A DNA stretch of 64,000 nucleotides from Squalus acanthias (taxonomy: Eukaryota): the NCBI GenBank assembly GCA_030390025.1, contig JASTWF010000345.1, forward strand, positions 186,001 through 250,000, given 5' to 3'. Position numbers and translations under genes: made by a program. This document shows, piece by piece, positions 39,322 through 52,265 of this stretch (its first letter is position 1; each line of letters opens with the position of its first letter). The notes beneath the pieces are model-generated. The model made no database searches. It was not told the DNA's origin and saw only the letters and a program-made list of their open reading frames with translations.

Positions 39322-39422
39322 GTGTAGCAGTTTGATTTATTTAAGAATAAATGTAGCTACTTTTTAGTAGCCACAATACTCCTGATCCAAAATAACCTTG
39401 AAATTACTGAATGAAACTTTTG

Positions 39423-40315
39423 GGGGTAAAAATTTACTTGGTTGCGCCTCCCGTTAGCGCCTTAAGAGGGCGCTAATGGGGCGCAAAGCCGCTAACGCCC
39501 GGGCGCAGCGATGTTTGCGCCGCTCGAGAACTTAACTTGAGATTGTGCGGCGGCGCTAAAACTTACCGCTGCGACCACCTGCGCGCGCAGATTGTGACGT
39601 CATTCCATGGTGCAACGCCCTTGTGGCGCCCCGTAGCGGAAATTGAGTGGCGCCCCCTGCCTTACCGCCTGGCGCTTCCAATGACCAGAAGACTGGAACG
39701 CTATCAATCGCTGTGGGGCTAGGGGGGGCGCTATTTAAAGGGGGCCTCTTCCTGTCTTTTATTGTTGGTGGCATTTTTGAACTACGCATTCTGAGAGAGA
39801 GAGGGAGAGACTTCTGGAGAGATTCAACATTGTGTGAAGGAGTTTTGGGTACTGAGCAGCACTTTGCAGGTTCATTTTGATTTGCCATTCCTTGTATCGA
39901 TTTAGCAGAGACTGTGGGAGCTGCACTCTGAGCTCTTTGCCTGGTACTCTCCATTGTTCTTTCCAGCACATTTGATGTGCAAGTCTCTCCAGGCCGAGAT
40001 TCAAGGCTGCAATGAACAGGATGTGGATGGAAAGCAAGATTAACCATCCCCTTTAAGAACTGGCCCGTGCCATTGTGTGTGTGTTCCATTGCTGACTGAC
40101 ATTACATGAGCTTCACCAGCGCTCCGAGTTAGCGCCTCACTGCTCGGCCTTTGCACCTTAAGAGAGGTGTGCAGCGCCTGCTTTAGCGCTCCACTCACCT
40201 CCCGGGGCGGTAAAAGTGAAGTTTCCTGTCAGTGCCGATAATTAGCGCCAGGCGCTAATATTTGCGTCCGGACGATATTTGCGCCCCAAATGGGGCGCGA
40301 CCTAATTTCTACCCC
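39423..40315 (-). mobile_element. Harbinger MITE with family A core, nested
   Basis: TIRs GGGGTAAAAATT / AATTTCTACCCC and TTG TSD. Confidence 0.93.
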
Positions 40316-42711
40316 TTGGACTATGTGAAACTGACAAGAAGCCACTGAAACTCCACTAACCTGACAGCTGCAAGTCATTACTGATGATCCCTTTAAATAA
40401 CGTCCCTGGAGCCAGCTTCCTGGTGCTTCACGGCAGCTCTCCCTGTCGCTGTTTACTCCAGGCACTAAGGTAGGTGGCGACAATTAATTTTGCAGATCGG
40501 GTGGTCAGTGACTGTTGCACACTCACTGATGTCACGATCCACCTGGCATTCAGCATCCCGATGATAACTGTTACTGGCTCTGCTACAGGGGGCAGGATTT
40601 GTCGTGTGGCGCTGGATTCGCCTCACCCCAGCAATAATGCTCTAGTGCCACGTTAGCGCTATCTGCTGACGCTAACGGGAGGCGCTAAGGGGACAAATTT
40701 TTCCCCCTCTGGGGCTTGAACGTGTACAGTAAGACTGTGTTGGATTGGAATTCAAATGATGATAGGCAGTTTCTTCACAGGGCTGTTCATTTCTCTCTCT
40801 AAATAACCTGCAACATGACACTAACCTATACAGCTAAATCATGCAAGTATACTAATGCACTAAATATACTCCAGCGATCAAACTTCAGCTTTGATGCCGA
40901 AACTTTCCATGAACCCTGCTTTTGCTTTGTTGCTGTAGCAAATTTACAGTAAAGTTCAAAGTGGTCAAACATTGGCTTTTGCTAAAGGGCTTCATAAATG
41001 GAGGGTTGTGGGTGGGGTGTATTGCTCAGTTATGACCTGGACTCTTCTGTGGCTCAATCTTGCACTTGAAGCAGTTCAGACTTGAACTTTCTGCACATTT
41101 TTGGGGAGGGGGTGGAATTCCTGAGTCCTCTTTCTGTTTCATTTCCTTACAAGTGAGGCCAGGGAAAGGAGACTGCTCTCTTCCTGGTGGTCCTGGAGGA
41201 GTCTGTTGCTAACAGCGCCAGCAACATAAACAGCTAAACTCAAATGAGAAACATCAACAATAAGATTGTGTTAATAGTTGAAATCTTACAGAACTTCGAA
41301 GTTTGTAGATTTGAAAAGGCAGCTGTTGGATCTTTGACGGTCGCACACCTGTTGTTAGCAACAGCCTTCTTATCTGTGGGGCTAATTTGCCCTTAACACA
41401 AGGGCTATACTAAATGCTGCAGGCAAGGAAGAAATGTATTGTACATATTGCACAAAATAACATAATTGTGGGGGCTTGATCCCAGATGGGTGCCAGTCCT
41501 TCATTTATTTTGATTTTTAATGTATGCTTATTCATGCACATATTCAAGGAAACATTCGCATCTATTGCTCAATGCTGATTGTATTGTATTCTATATTTAG
41601 CTGCTAACTTAAATCTGTTCATTAGAAAGCTAGTGCACAATAGTCAAGGTAGTAGTTTCTCTCCACTAGCAGGACATGGTTAGGAACAAGAATTAAAATT
41701 TTAGACAGCAGCCACTGGGCAGAGACTGGCGATTTCTCAGTTAGAACAAAATCATTTACTGGAAGATGCATTTACTTTACTTTCCTCTCTCTTCAGTTGA
41801 ATTTCTAACATTCATTCACATGTTACTTAAAGTCCACAATACTGTAACATATTTCAAAAGTGCTAGAATCTTCAATTCTTGATCTCAATCTCATTTTCCT
41901 TTTCTGTGAAGATTAAGTTTTGCAGCAGTTTAAGTACTGAACTTTGAGCAATGCTGCCCTGCACCGCCCCCCCCCCACCCTCACCCCTAAATAAAGCAAA
42001 AAAAATCATCCTTGTTCTTTTTCCACAGTCTATAGTTTAAAACATGATTAAAGGTTATAAGGATAATGACAGAATAAAGAAATAAAAGTGGAACACAATG
42101 CTTCGACTACTGTTGAGATACTAGGAATTTATGGAATTTAACAAAATAAGGTTGAATAATGTTGATTGTAATAATGAATCGATATACTTAATAATTCCCT
42201 TGATTAACATGAGGACACATTTTGGACTTTATGTTGGTGGGAGTTTAACCTGTCGTGATTAGCCTCCCTCAGGACATAACTGGGTTGAAAGAAATCAATG
42301 ACAGTGATATTGTACATAGGCTGTTGGAAGGAATTGACTTGATAGCTGAGATGGCAATTTCTTTCCTCCATGCCATAAAATAGAGTATCTTCCATCTGAA
42401 TGTGGGCAATGCCATACGAGACCTGCTAGCATATGCCTATCATTAGTGTATTAAAAATGTACATTTAATTGCACTTCCTGTTAACTTTTCCCATTATGAA
42501 TTTCTATGTCCACATTTATAATGGAAACTGCCGATGTCACACTGTAATTACATTTCCCCACCAGTTGTGGCACTGTACTGCTTCAGTTTTGTATCTTCCA
42601 GCCCCTCTGCATGTACTGCAGAGAAACTCCTGACCTCAAACCAACTGTACTTTTATGCTTCCCAAACTGCCACATACTTTGTTATTTATCTATAAATAAT
42701 ATCATAAATTA

Positions 42712-43135
42712 TCAGCCTTGGCTTACAGGCAACACTCTCACCTCCGAGTCAGAATGTTGGGCATCCAAGCCCCACTTCCGAGACTTCAGTATGTAATTAA
42801 GGTTGTCCGTTCAATGCAATAATGAAGGAGTGCTCTGTCTGGAGGTCGTGTCTGGCCTCTCAGGTGGATATAAAAGATTCCATGGCACTATTTGAAGAAG
42901 AGCAGGAAAGTTCTCCTAGTGTTTGGCCAATATTTATCCCTCAACCAATATCATTAAAACAGACTATCTGGTCAATTACCTCATTACTGTTTGTGAAACC
43001 TTGCAGTGCATAAATTAGCTACTGCGTTTCCCTTCATTGCAACAGTGCCTACACTTCAAAAGTACTACATTTGCTGTAAAGTGCTTTGGAACGTCCTCAG
43101 GATTGAAAGGTTAATGCAAATTCTTCCTTCTTTCT
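42712..43135 (+). mobile_element. tRNA-derived SINE (Deu-domain-like)
   Basis: Head tcagccttggct..., body catggcactatttgaagaagagcag...atttatccctcaacc, tail ...gcaaattcttccttc. Confidence 0.8.
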
Positions 43136-43214
43136 AAAATCAAAATACTTTATCAAAAAAAAAGGATTGAATGTACGATTTTAAAATGGTAACTAGTTTA
43201 TTCTGACCACCATG

Positions 43215-43517
43215 GGATGAGACGTTAAACTAAGGCCCCGTCTGCCCTCTCAGGAAGACGTAAAAAATCTCACGGCACTATTTCAAAGAAGAGCAGGGGA
43301 GATCTCCCTGGTGTCCTGGCCAATATTTATCCCTCAACCAATATCACTAAAACAGATTATCTGATCATTATCAGAGCTTGCTGTGCGCAAATTGGCTGAC
43401 GTGTTTCCTACATTACAACAGTGACTACACGTCAAAGTACTTAATTGTCTGTCAAGTGCTTTTGGATGTTCTGAGGTCATAAAAGGTGCTATATAAATGC
43501 AAGTCTTTCTTTCTTTT
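43215..43517 (+). mobile_element. Same SINE family, 5' truncated
   Basis: Colinear with 42850-43135, ends gctatataaatgcaagtctttctttc. Confidence 0.8.
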
Positions 43518-43540
43518 CACTGGCTATATTAGGAAATTGA

Positions 43541-44433
43541 GGGGGAAAAATTCAGTTGGTTGCGCCTCCCTTTAGCGCCTTAAGAGGGTGCTAATGGGGC
43601 GCAAAGCATCTAGCGCCCGGGCGCGGCGATGTTTGCGCCGTTCGCGAAATTAACTAGACATTTTGCAGCGGCGCTAAACACTACCGCCACGATCTCCTGC
43701 GCCGGCAGATCGTGACGTGAGTCGAGTGCGCAACGCCCTGGTATCGCCCCGGAGCAGATATTGAGTGGCGCCCCCTGCCTTACCGCCTGCCGCTAGCAAC
43801 GACAGGTTGAGGGGAGCGTTTTGCAGTCAGGAAGGGACTGGGGGAGCGCTATTTAAAGGCGACTGCTTCCTGCCTTTTATTGTTGGTGACATTTTTGAAC
43901 CACGCATTCTGAGAGAGAGAGAGAGAGACTTCTGGAGAGATTCAACGCTGTGTGAAGGAGTTTTGGGTACTGAGCAGCACTTTGCAGGTTCATTTTGATT
44001 TGCCCTTCCTTGTATCGCTTTAGAAGAGACTGTGGGGGCTGCACTCTGAGCTCTTTCCCTGGTACTCTCCATTGTTCTTTCCAGCAGATTTGATGTGCAG
44101 GTCTCTCCAGGCCGAGATTCAAGGCTGCAATGAACAGGATGTGGATGGAAATCAAGATCAACCCTCCCCTTTAAGAACGGGCCCGCACCATTGTGTGTGT
44201 GTTCCATTGCTGACTGACATCACATGAGCTTCGCCAGCGCTCTGAGGTAGCGCCTCGCTCCTCGGCCTTTGCGCCTTAAGACAGGTGTGAAGCACCTGAT
44301 TTAGTGCTCCAATCACCTCCAGGGGCGATAAAAGTCAAGTTTGCAGTCGGTGGCGATAATTAGCGCCAGGCGCTAATCTTTGCGCCCGGCCGATAATTGC
44401 GCCCCAAATGGGGCGATACTGAATTTCTCCCCC
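43541..44433 (-). mobile_element. Harbinger MITE, family A
   Basis: TIRs GGGGGAAAAATTCAG / CTGAATTTCTCCCCC and TGA TSD. Confidence 0.95.
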
Positions 44434-45216
44434 TGAGTTCCTAATTCTTTAAAGGGGAACACATACCTGGAAAAGAACTTTCAATCAAACATACTTAGCC
44501 AATGACCTTCCCTCCATCATAAGGTCAGAAGTAGGAATGTTCACTGATGATTCCACAGTGTTCAGTTCCATTTACAACTCCTCAGATAATGAAGCAGTCC
44601 ATGCCTGCATGCAGCAAGACCTGGACAACATTCAGGCTTGGGCTGATAAGTGGCAAGTAACAGTCACGCCACACAAGTGCCAGGCAATGACCATCTCCAA
44701 CAAGAGAAAGACTAACCACCTCCCCTTGACATTCAATGGCATTACCATCGTCGAATCTCCCACCATCAACATCCTGGGGGGTCATCATTGACCAGAAGCT
44801 TAACTGGACCAGCCACATAAATACTGTGGCTACAAGAGCAGGTCAGAGGCTGGGTATTCTGTGGCGAATGACTCACCTCCTGACTCCCCAAAGTCTTTCC
44901 ACCATCTACAAGGCACAAGTCAGGAGTGTGATGGAATACTCTCCACTTGCTTGGATGAGTGCAGCTCCAACAACACTCAGGAAGCTCAACACCATCCAGG
45001 ACAAAGCAGCCCGCTTGATTGTCCATCACTTTAAACATTCACTCCCCCCACCACCAGCACACCGTGTCTACAGTGTGTACCATCTACACGATGCACGGCA
45101 GCAACTCGCCAAGGCTTCTTCGACAGCACCTCCCAAACCCGTGATCTCTACCACCTAGAAGGAAAAGGGCAGCAGGTGCATGGGAACACCACCACCTCCA
45201 AGTTCCCCACCAAGTC

Positions 45217-46733
45217 CAAAATTGTCTCAGTGGCAGGAAGTAAAGGGTAATGGTTGACGGGTGTTTTTGTGATTGGAAGGCTGTTTCCAGTGGGGTTCCA
45301 CAGGGCTCAGTACTAGGTCCCTTGCTTTTTGTGGTATATATCAATGATTTAGACTTCAATGTAAGCGGCATGATTAAGAAGTTTGCAGATGATACAAAAA
45401 TTGGCCATGTGGTTGATAGTGAGGAAGATAGCTGTAGACTGCAGGAAGATATCAATGGACTGGTCAGGTGTGCAGAAAAGTGGCAAAATGGAATTCAATC
45501 TGGAGAAATGTGAGGTAATGCATTTTGGGAGGGCTAACAAGGGAAGGGAATACACAATAAATGGTAGGATACTGAGAAGTGTAGAGGAACCTTGGAGTGC
45601 ATGTCCACAGATCCCTGAAGATAGAAGGACAGGTAGATAAGGTGGTTAAGAAGGCATATGGGATACTTTCCTTTATTAGTCGAGGCATAGAATATAAGAG
45701 CAGGGAGGTTATGCTTGAACTGTATAAAACACTAGTTATGCCACAGCTAGAGTACTGCGTACAGAATGACATATGAGGAGAGATTGGGTCGATTGGGCTT
45801 ATACTCGCTGGAGTATAGAAGAATGAGAGGGGATCTCATCGAAACATATAAAATTCTGACAGGTCTGGACAAACTAGATGCAGGAAGAATGTTCTCGATG
45901 GTCGGAGAGTCCAGAACCAGGGGTCATAATCTAAGGATAAGGGGTAAGCCATTTAGGACAGAAATGAGGAAGAATTTCTTCACCCAGAGAGTGGTGAACC
46001 TGTGGAATTCTCTACCACAGAAGGTAGTTGAGGCCAAGTCATTAAATATATTCAAGAAGGAGTTAGATATATTTCTTAAAGCTAAAGGTATCAAGGGATA
46101 TGGGGAGAAGGCAGGTACAGGGTACTGAGTTTGGATGATCAGCCATGATCTCATCGAATGGCGGAGCAGGCTCGAGGCCTACTCCTGCTTCTATCCTCTA
46201 TGTTTCTATGGTCACCACAATACAGGAAAGATGTGATTGCACTAGAGAAGGTACGGAGGAGATTTACGAGAATGTTTCCAGGACTGAAGAATTTTAGCTA
46301 TGAGGAAAGATTGAATAGGCTGGGGTTGTTTACTTTGGAACAGGGGAAACTGAGGGGAGATTTAATTGAGGTGCATAGAATTATGAGGGACCTAGATAGC
46401 GTGGATAGGAAGGACCTATTTCCTTTAGCAGAGCGGTCAATAATCAGGGGACATAGATTTAAAGTAATTGGTAGAAGGATTAGAGCAGAGTTGAGGAGAA
46501 CTTTTTTCACCCAGAGGGTAGTGGGGGTCTGGAACTCACTGCCTGAAAGAGTGGTAGAGGCAGAAACCCTCATCACATTTAAAATGTACTTGGATATGCA
46601 CTTGAAGTGCCATAACCTACAGGGCTACAGGCCAAGAGCTGGAAAGTGGGATTAGGCTGGATAGTTCTTTTTCAGCCGAATGGGCCGAATGGCCTCCTTC
46701 TGTGCCGTAAATTTCTATGTACTATGATTCTAT
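45217..46733 (+). mobile_element. CR1 LINE 3' part inserted in the Zenon-like LINE
   Basis: GVPQGSVLGP and FADDTK motifs, ctatgattctat tail, AAGTC duplication at 45212-45216 and 46734-46738. Confidence 0.9.
45765..46209 (+). mobile_element. Second CR1 family 3' fragment nested in the first
   Basis: ORF 45766-46128 (YEERLGRLGLYSLE...) with its own ctatgtttctatg tail. Splits the host EYCVQ|WSP motif. Confidence 0.9.
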
Positions 46734-46756
46734 AAGTCACACACCATCCTGACTTG

Positions 46757-46975
46757 ATGCGGAGATGCCGGTGTTGGACTGGGGTGGACAAAAGTGAGAA
46801 GTCGCACAACACCAGGTTATAGTCCAACAGTTTTATTTGAAATCACAAGCTTTCGGAGCTGCTGCTCCTTCGTCAGGTGAAGTGAAGAGATGAAGGAGCA
46901 GCAGCTCCGAAAGCTTGTGATTTCAAATAAAACTGTTGGACTATAACCTGGTGTTGTGCGACTTCTCACTTTTGT
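46757..46975. mobile_element. Penelope solo terminal insertion: 87-bp inverted repeat with hammerhead motif
   Basis: Arms 46785-46871 and 46892-46978, nearly identical to 8488-8565. CCATCCTGACTTG duplicated at 46744-46756 and 46976-46988. Confidence 0.9.
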
Positions 46976-48648
46976 CCATCCTGACTTGGACATATATCAC
47001 CGTTCCTTCATCGTCGCTGGGTCAAAATCTTGGAACTCCCTACCTAACAGCACTGTGGGAGTACCTTCACCACACGGACTGCAGCGGTTCAAGAAGGCAG
47101 CTCACCAGCACCTTCTCAAGTGCAATTAGGGATGGGCAATAAATGCTGGCCTTGCCAGTGACGCCCACATCCCATGAATGACTAATAAACAAAAAGCCAA
47201 TTACACCCTCAGAAAATAGTATTAAAAAAAATGATGATAAAATGTCTGCTGTGTAGGGGCAAGATATTCTCTACTTTGCTATTATTGAGGACTTGCCAGG
47301 TTGAGTTTCACAACCCAAATAATGCCTATTCCCTGATGCATCCAGAATCCATCGATCTTATTGCAGATCGCCATCATCCTCAGTTTTTATGGCTTGACTG
47401 AGGCCGTCTTCCTTCCATTCGCACTCCAGAAACCTGATCCAAAGCTCCAAGTGTTGAATAAATGAATGGAATTTGTTCTCAGCTACCACAAGTGAGAAAA
47501 CCTTGTATCAGCCCCTATATATTTAAAGGGACAGCATCATTTCAAAACAAAAAGTTGTAATGAATTCTAAATAACATTAATATTGTTTTGTATTGTAATG
47601 TGCTTCTATTCATTTTGAATTATTTTTGTTGAATTAAATAGTGAGCCCTGATTTCATCGGCAGAAGTACTGGCTTGATGAAGTCATTCAGTCTGACTGCA
47701 TGCAGGAGCTGTCCCAGATACACCTATGACCCAGCGTAGCTCTAGCACCAGCTGCATGTGTTAATTCTGTTCGCTGGAGTTTTAAGCTCAGGACCTCTTG
47801 CAATTCCATATTCCCAGTGGGATCACAGGCACTTGCACTTAAAACAAAAAGTCAACTGAAATGAACAATACAAAAGGTTGTTGAATGTAATTCTAACTCT
47901 TTATAATTGTTTGATTTTTAAAGAGGTCTGATAGTGAGACTCAGTCTTCACCATGAACCAAGAAAACTAAACAAGTAGCACACCTCAAAGACCAAAATGT
48001 TAACTATTATAACAATGTAAACACACAAGTCATTTTTTTTTTGAAGGATCAATGCAAAATGAACAATTAAAAACAAAGCAAGTGCAATTCAACACTGATA
48101 CTTAATCCATATGATTAGATGGGCGGAAGTACAATTTGTAACCGAAATTTAAATTGTCTAATAATTGAGCAATTGCACTTATTTTTCATTTGCAACTGTC
48201 ATCGATAAACATGCACTAAAACAAATATGCATGGCACTATTTTTCACTGCAGACCACAAACAAGTTGTCATCTTCTGCTTTACAAATACTAACATCGTAT
48301 TTGGCAATTATTGAATTTAAGCCATACAATTAATTTTTAAAATCCTTTGAATACTGTGGGCCAATTATAAATATATATATTATATATAAAAGATATTAAA
48401 AATATTAATGTCTGCATGCACTTCTTGCCAACTTTTCCCATTAACAATTAATTCCTAAAGGCACAATTATAATAGAAATTGTCTGTGTAAACGTGTCACG
48501 CTGCAATCAGACCCTCCTGCCAGTGGTGGTGCTGCAGCAGCACCAGTGTAGGAGGGTGTAATTATAGCCTGATAAGTTTACCTAGGCTACATTACTCCAG
48601 TTAAAATGTGGACGTAAGAATTTATAATGCAAATATAAAATGAAACAC

Positions 48649-49211
48649 CGGAAAAATTCGGTTGATTTGCGCCTCCCGTTAGCACCCTAAGAGGGCACTA
48701 ATGGGGCGCAAAGCAACTAGCGCTTGGGCGCGGCACCACCAATGCCTCCTGTGAAATTCAGCGGGAGGTTAGCGGCGGCGGTAACCGTTAGCGCCCCGCG
48801 GTGCTGCGCCACCGATGATGATGTCATCGCCGTGCGCAGCGCCCCGCTCGCGATCTTCGGTAGCGCCCCCTGACTTACCGCTGGACGCTATGTCCGACAG
48901 GGTCAGGGGGGCCACCTGTGGCCGGGGCGGCGCAAATTAAAGGGGAGGTGCCGGGTGGCCATTTTTGTTGCTGGCCGCCTGCCAGCACCTGTCCCCGTTG
49001 CTGTCCCCGGCCTTCTGTGCAGCCCCCCCCCCGCGGGGTGCTGGCTGCGCTCCGTGAGCCCGGCACTTTTCTTGAGTGCCAGGCTCTTTTGCCAGCACTC
49101 TGATCCCTTTAATAAGGGGAGGAAGGCATGCAGTACCGCGGCACGTAGTGCCGTGATATTCACTCGCAGCGCCCCAAGAGGGAGGTGGGGCGCTTCCAGT
49201 GAATTTTGGGC
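48649..49211. mobile_element. Harbinger-type MITE
   Basis: Left arm (aaaaattcggttgatttgcgcctcccgttagc) matches the family A arm. Right end gaattttgggc. Confidence 0.75.
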
Positions 49212-51669
49212 ATGGACTTACGCTGGTTTTACATTAGAACCTTGCTATACGTAAATTTCCTGAAGTTACTCGAGCTGCTCCCTTGTTACGTCCACCGAAA
49301 CCCCACTTAGCTCATTAACATAGCCCCGCCCCGTACGAAAGACCAGTGTACGCGAGTAAAATGGTCGCAGGTTGAGTTCCCAAAATGCTTCTGCACATAT
49401 AGTCAATTGATTTCCTTCATACTGCCCCAAGCCTGATTGCGAAACATTAAACAGTGTGAGCCTACTGTGTCAAAATAACCCCAAAAATGGTTTGTTTTTT
49501 CTTAGGATAACCTTCCTCTCTGGTTTCACCAGGTCATGCACTAACTATGGCTGAGAGATTAGTTAGGCAGGCATACACACCCAATCCCAGGTGTCTGCTG
49601 ATTTAGCTATGAATTGGCTACTGGGAGGCATTTGTCAGCAGCCAGGACACAGGCCTACAGCAATTTCACCATCCTTCATGCTTGGAAGCACCTGCTCTCT
49701 GGTTTGGTCCTACACACAGCAGCAGAGCTGAAACCTGGAGCTTAGCAGAACAGGTTTGAACCAGTTTTCTACCAGCTAACCATTCAACATAACAACATTA
49801 TCCTTCTGAGCAAAATTATCAATGAGTTCTAGCACAGTAATAGGGGTTGCTTTTCTGTCAGGGTTCTCCTGTCCATCTATCATAACTATGGTAGATGATC
49901 CATAGAAACCCTGGAGAAATGGTGTAACTAGTATTTACGGTCCTTCTCCGGGGTTTCTTCAGATCTTCCGCTGAAGTTACGGTGAACATTCGGGAGAATG
50001 CCCATGGAAATTCAATCCCTTACAGCCCATGTATATTTTTTGCTGGTTAGAATGGGTTTTATTTAGTCTGAATAAAAGATGCAAAGAAATACATTCTATT
50101 TTGAAAGCTAATAAGTGCACGGGATAATATGAATATTATACAATTTTTACTGTAATCACTTCCCTTAGATTACTGTAAGCGGCAAGTTTATAAATAAACC
50201 ACCGAGTGTTTTAATAGTAATGAACACACCTATATCTTTTTTTCCAAATCTTTACAAGAGGACGAAATCAGCCACTTTCAATAACATCCATTCACTCAAG
50301 AGGAAAGACAATTTGAGTTTCACTTTCTCACATCTGTCAATAGTACCATCAGAAAGCCGCAATCCGACCGGCTGGCACAAGTTAGAATTATTTTGCTGAA
50401 CCTTCTGGTTTGATCATTTCTAATGCTTTTTTGACAGTTAAGTGCCAGAGCTGTCAATCACAGATATTTGCTTAACATAAATAAAGACTACCCCACGCAC
50501 CCAAGGTGTATCATCTCATCACAATCTATGAAGCTATGTTAACTGATGGGATTATCTAAATATGACTGTACAACATGATCGTTTCACATTTGTATATTTT
50601 CTGACCACTGTTCCAACTAATTTACTGCTTATTCTGCTCATTACTGCTCCATTGATTTCAAATGAAAGTAGGGCACTTTCTATAATGGGCGGCCGACCTG
50701 GGATGGCAGTTTCACCCCCAGGTGACAAGTTGAAAATCTTACCCCAATGTTTTCTGTCAGGTTCCTGTGCCTACGTGAGAAGCTTTAGCCTTGAGTTCAC
50801 AAGTATTCCCAGAACCATCACTCTCAACTGAGGATACTCTCCGTGTTGCAGCATATGGCTCCGAGCATGCAATTTTACCTACAACTGACAGATTTTTTTT
50901 TAATGATTGAAAGCTAGACTATCACTTACTGATTTGCTGTTTGTAAGCCCCACCTTTCCTGTATATTAAAGTAAAATTGCTGCATATGGAACCCTCCAAG
51001 AAGTTATTTTAGAAGCAGTTAAGGTACTCTGAATTGTGTTTTTATACAAAACATCACAACAAGGTGAATTTTAAAAGCAAAATTGTGCATGCTATATATT
51101 CCTTGGCCTGCCACAAATAAAGTCGTAAAGTTGAGTAAGAGAGCTGAGCACAGATTCAGCTAAGGAGAAAATTGACAAGCAGAGAAGAATTTGGAGCAGC
51201 CTTTATATTTTGTAATGTATTCTAAATGTACTCTACACCAGCTGCATTACTTCTATTTATGTTATTTATTTCAGAAAGAAGCGTTGTTCATATAAACAGT
51301 AACACATTCTGGAAGGATTGTACAGCCTCAAGTGAAGAAGAAGGTTCTGAATAAAAATCCTAATCTAAACATGTACATTTTAGTAGAAACATTTACTAAC
51401 ACTAATGGTAGATGGGATAATTGGTAAAGAAAAAAGATGCAATTTAGTTTAATTTTTCCCCCTAGCTTTATAATTTTTTGGTCTTCACTATAAAAATTCA
51501 GAAACTATATAGTTGGACAGTAAAAGTAAGGAGTTACTTCTCTATATTTCAGTGGAGATGTTCAGCCTCCAGTGAGAAGACTAGGGACAAATCTAAGCTG
51601 TGCATCCATGAGGTATTATGGGCTATCAATAGTAGCAGAATTGTATACCATCACAATCTCTAACATTAT

Positions 51670-52265
51670 GGCTGGCACATCACCATCAAGCCAAGAGACC
51701 AACCCTGATTCAATGGGAGTGTAGAATGGTGTGGCAGGAGCAGCAACAGGCATATTTGGAATGAGTTACAAACCTAGTGAAGCTCCATAGCCCTAATACA
51801 TCCAGTTGAGAATGGTGGTGGACAAGCAGGCAATTAACAGAAGGCAGAGGCTCCACAAACATCCCCATCCTCAGGCATGGTGAACCCCAGCATGTGAGTA
51901 AAAGAGACAAGGAATGGAATACTCACCACGTGCCTGGATGGATGCAGGCACAACAACACTCAAGAAGCAGGACAGAGCAATTCATTTGATCAATGTTCCT
52001 GCCACTGGATTCAATATCCACCGCCTCCACCACTGGTGCACTGTGGCTATTGTATGTACAATTTACAGGATGCATTGAAGCAAGTAATTAAAAAAAAATT
52101 ATAGCTCACCAAACTTATTTCAATAGATCCTCCCTCCCTGCCGACCTCTACCTCCGAGAAGGCCAAAAGTAGCAATGACATGAGAGCACCTTACCTCCAA
52201 ATTCCCCTCCAGGTCACACACCCTCCTGACTTGGATATATGTTTTCATTCCTTGATCATCGCTGA
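51670..52265 (+). mobile_element. Old, internally deleted Zenon-like LINE fragments
   Basis: caccatcaagccaagagaccaaccctg and aggtcacacaccctcctgacttgg match the family. Confidence 0.75.

Larger units (their letters stand above)
35804..40707. mobile_element. Second Harbinger transposon, decayed, with a nested MITE
   Basis: Ends GGGCTAGAAATT / AATTTTTCCCCC, TCT TSD (35801-35803, 40708-40710), same gene layout as the neighbour. Confidence 0.88.
44500..47195 (+). mobile_element. Zenon-like LINE 3' part hosting three nested insertions
   Basis: Segments 44500-45216, 46734-46756 and 46976-47195 reassemble to the sequence seen at 17380-18284. Confidence 0.9.
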
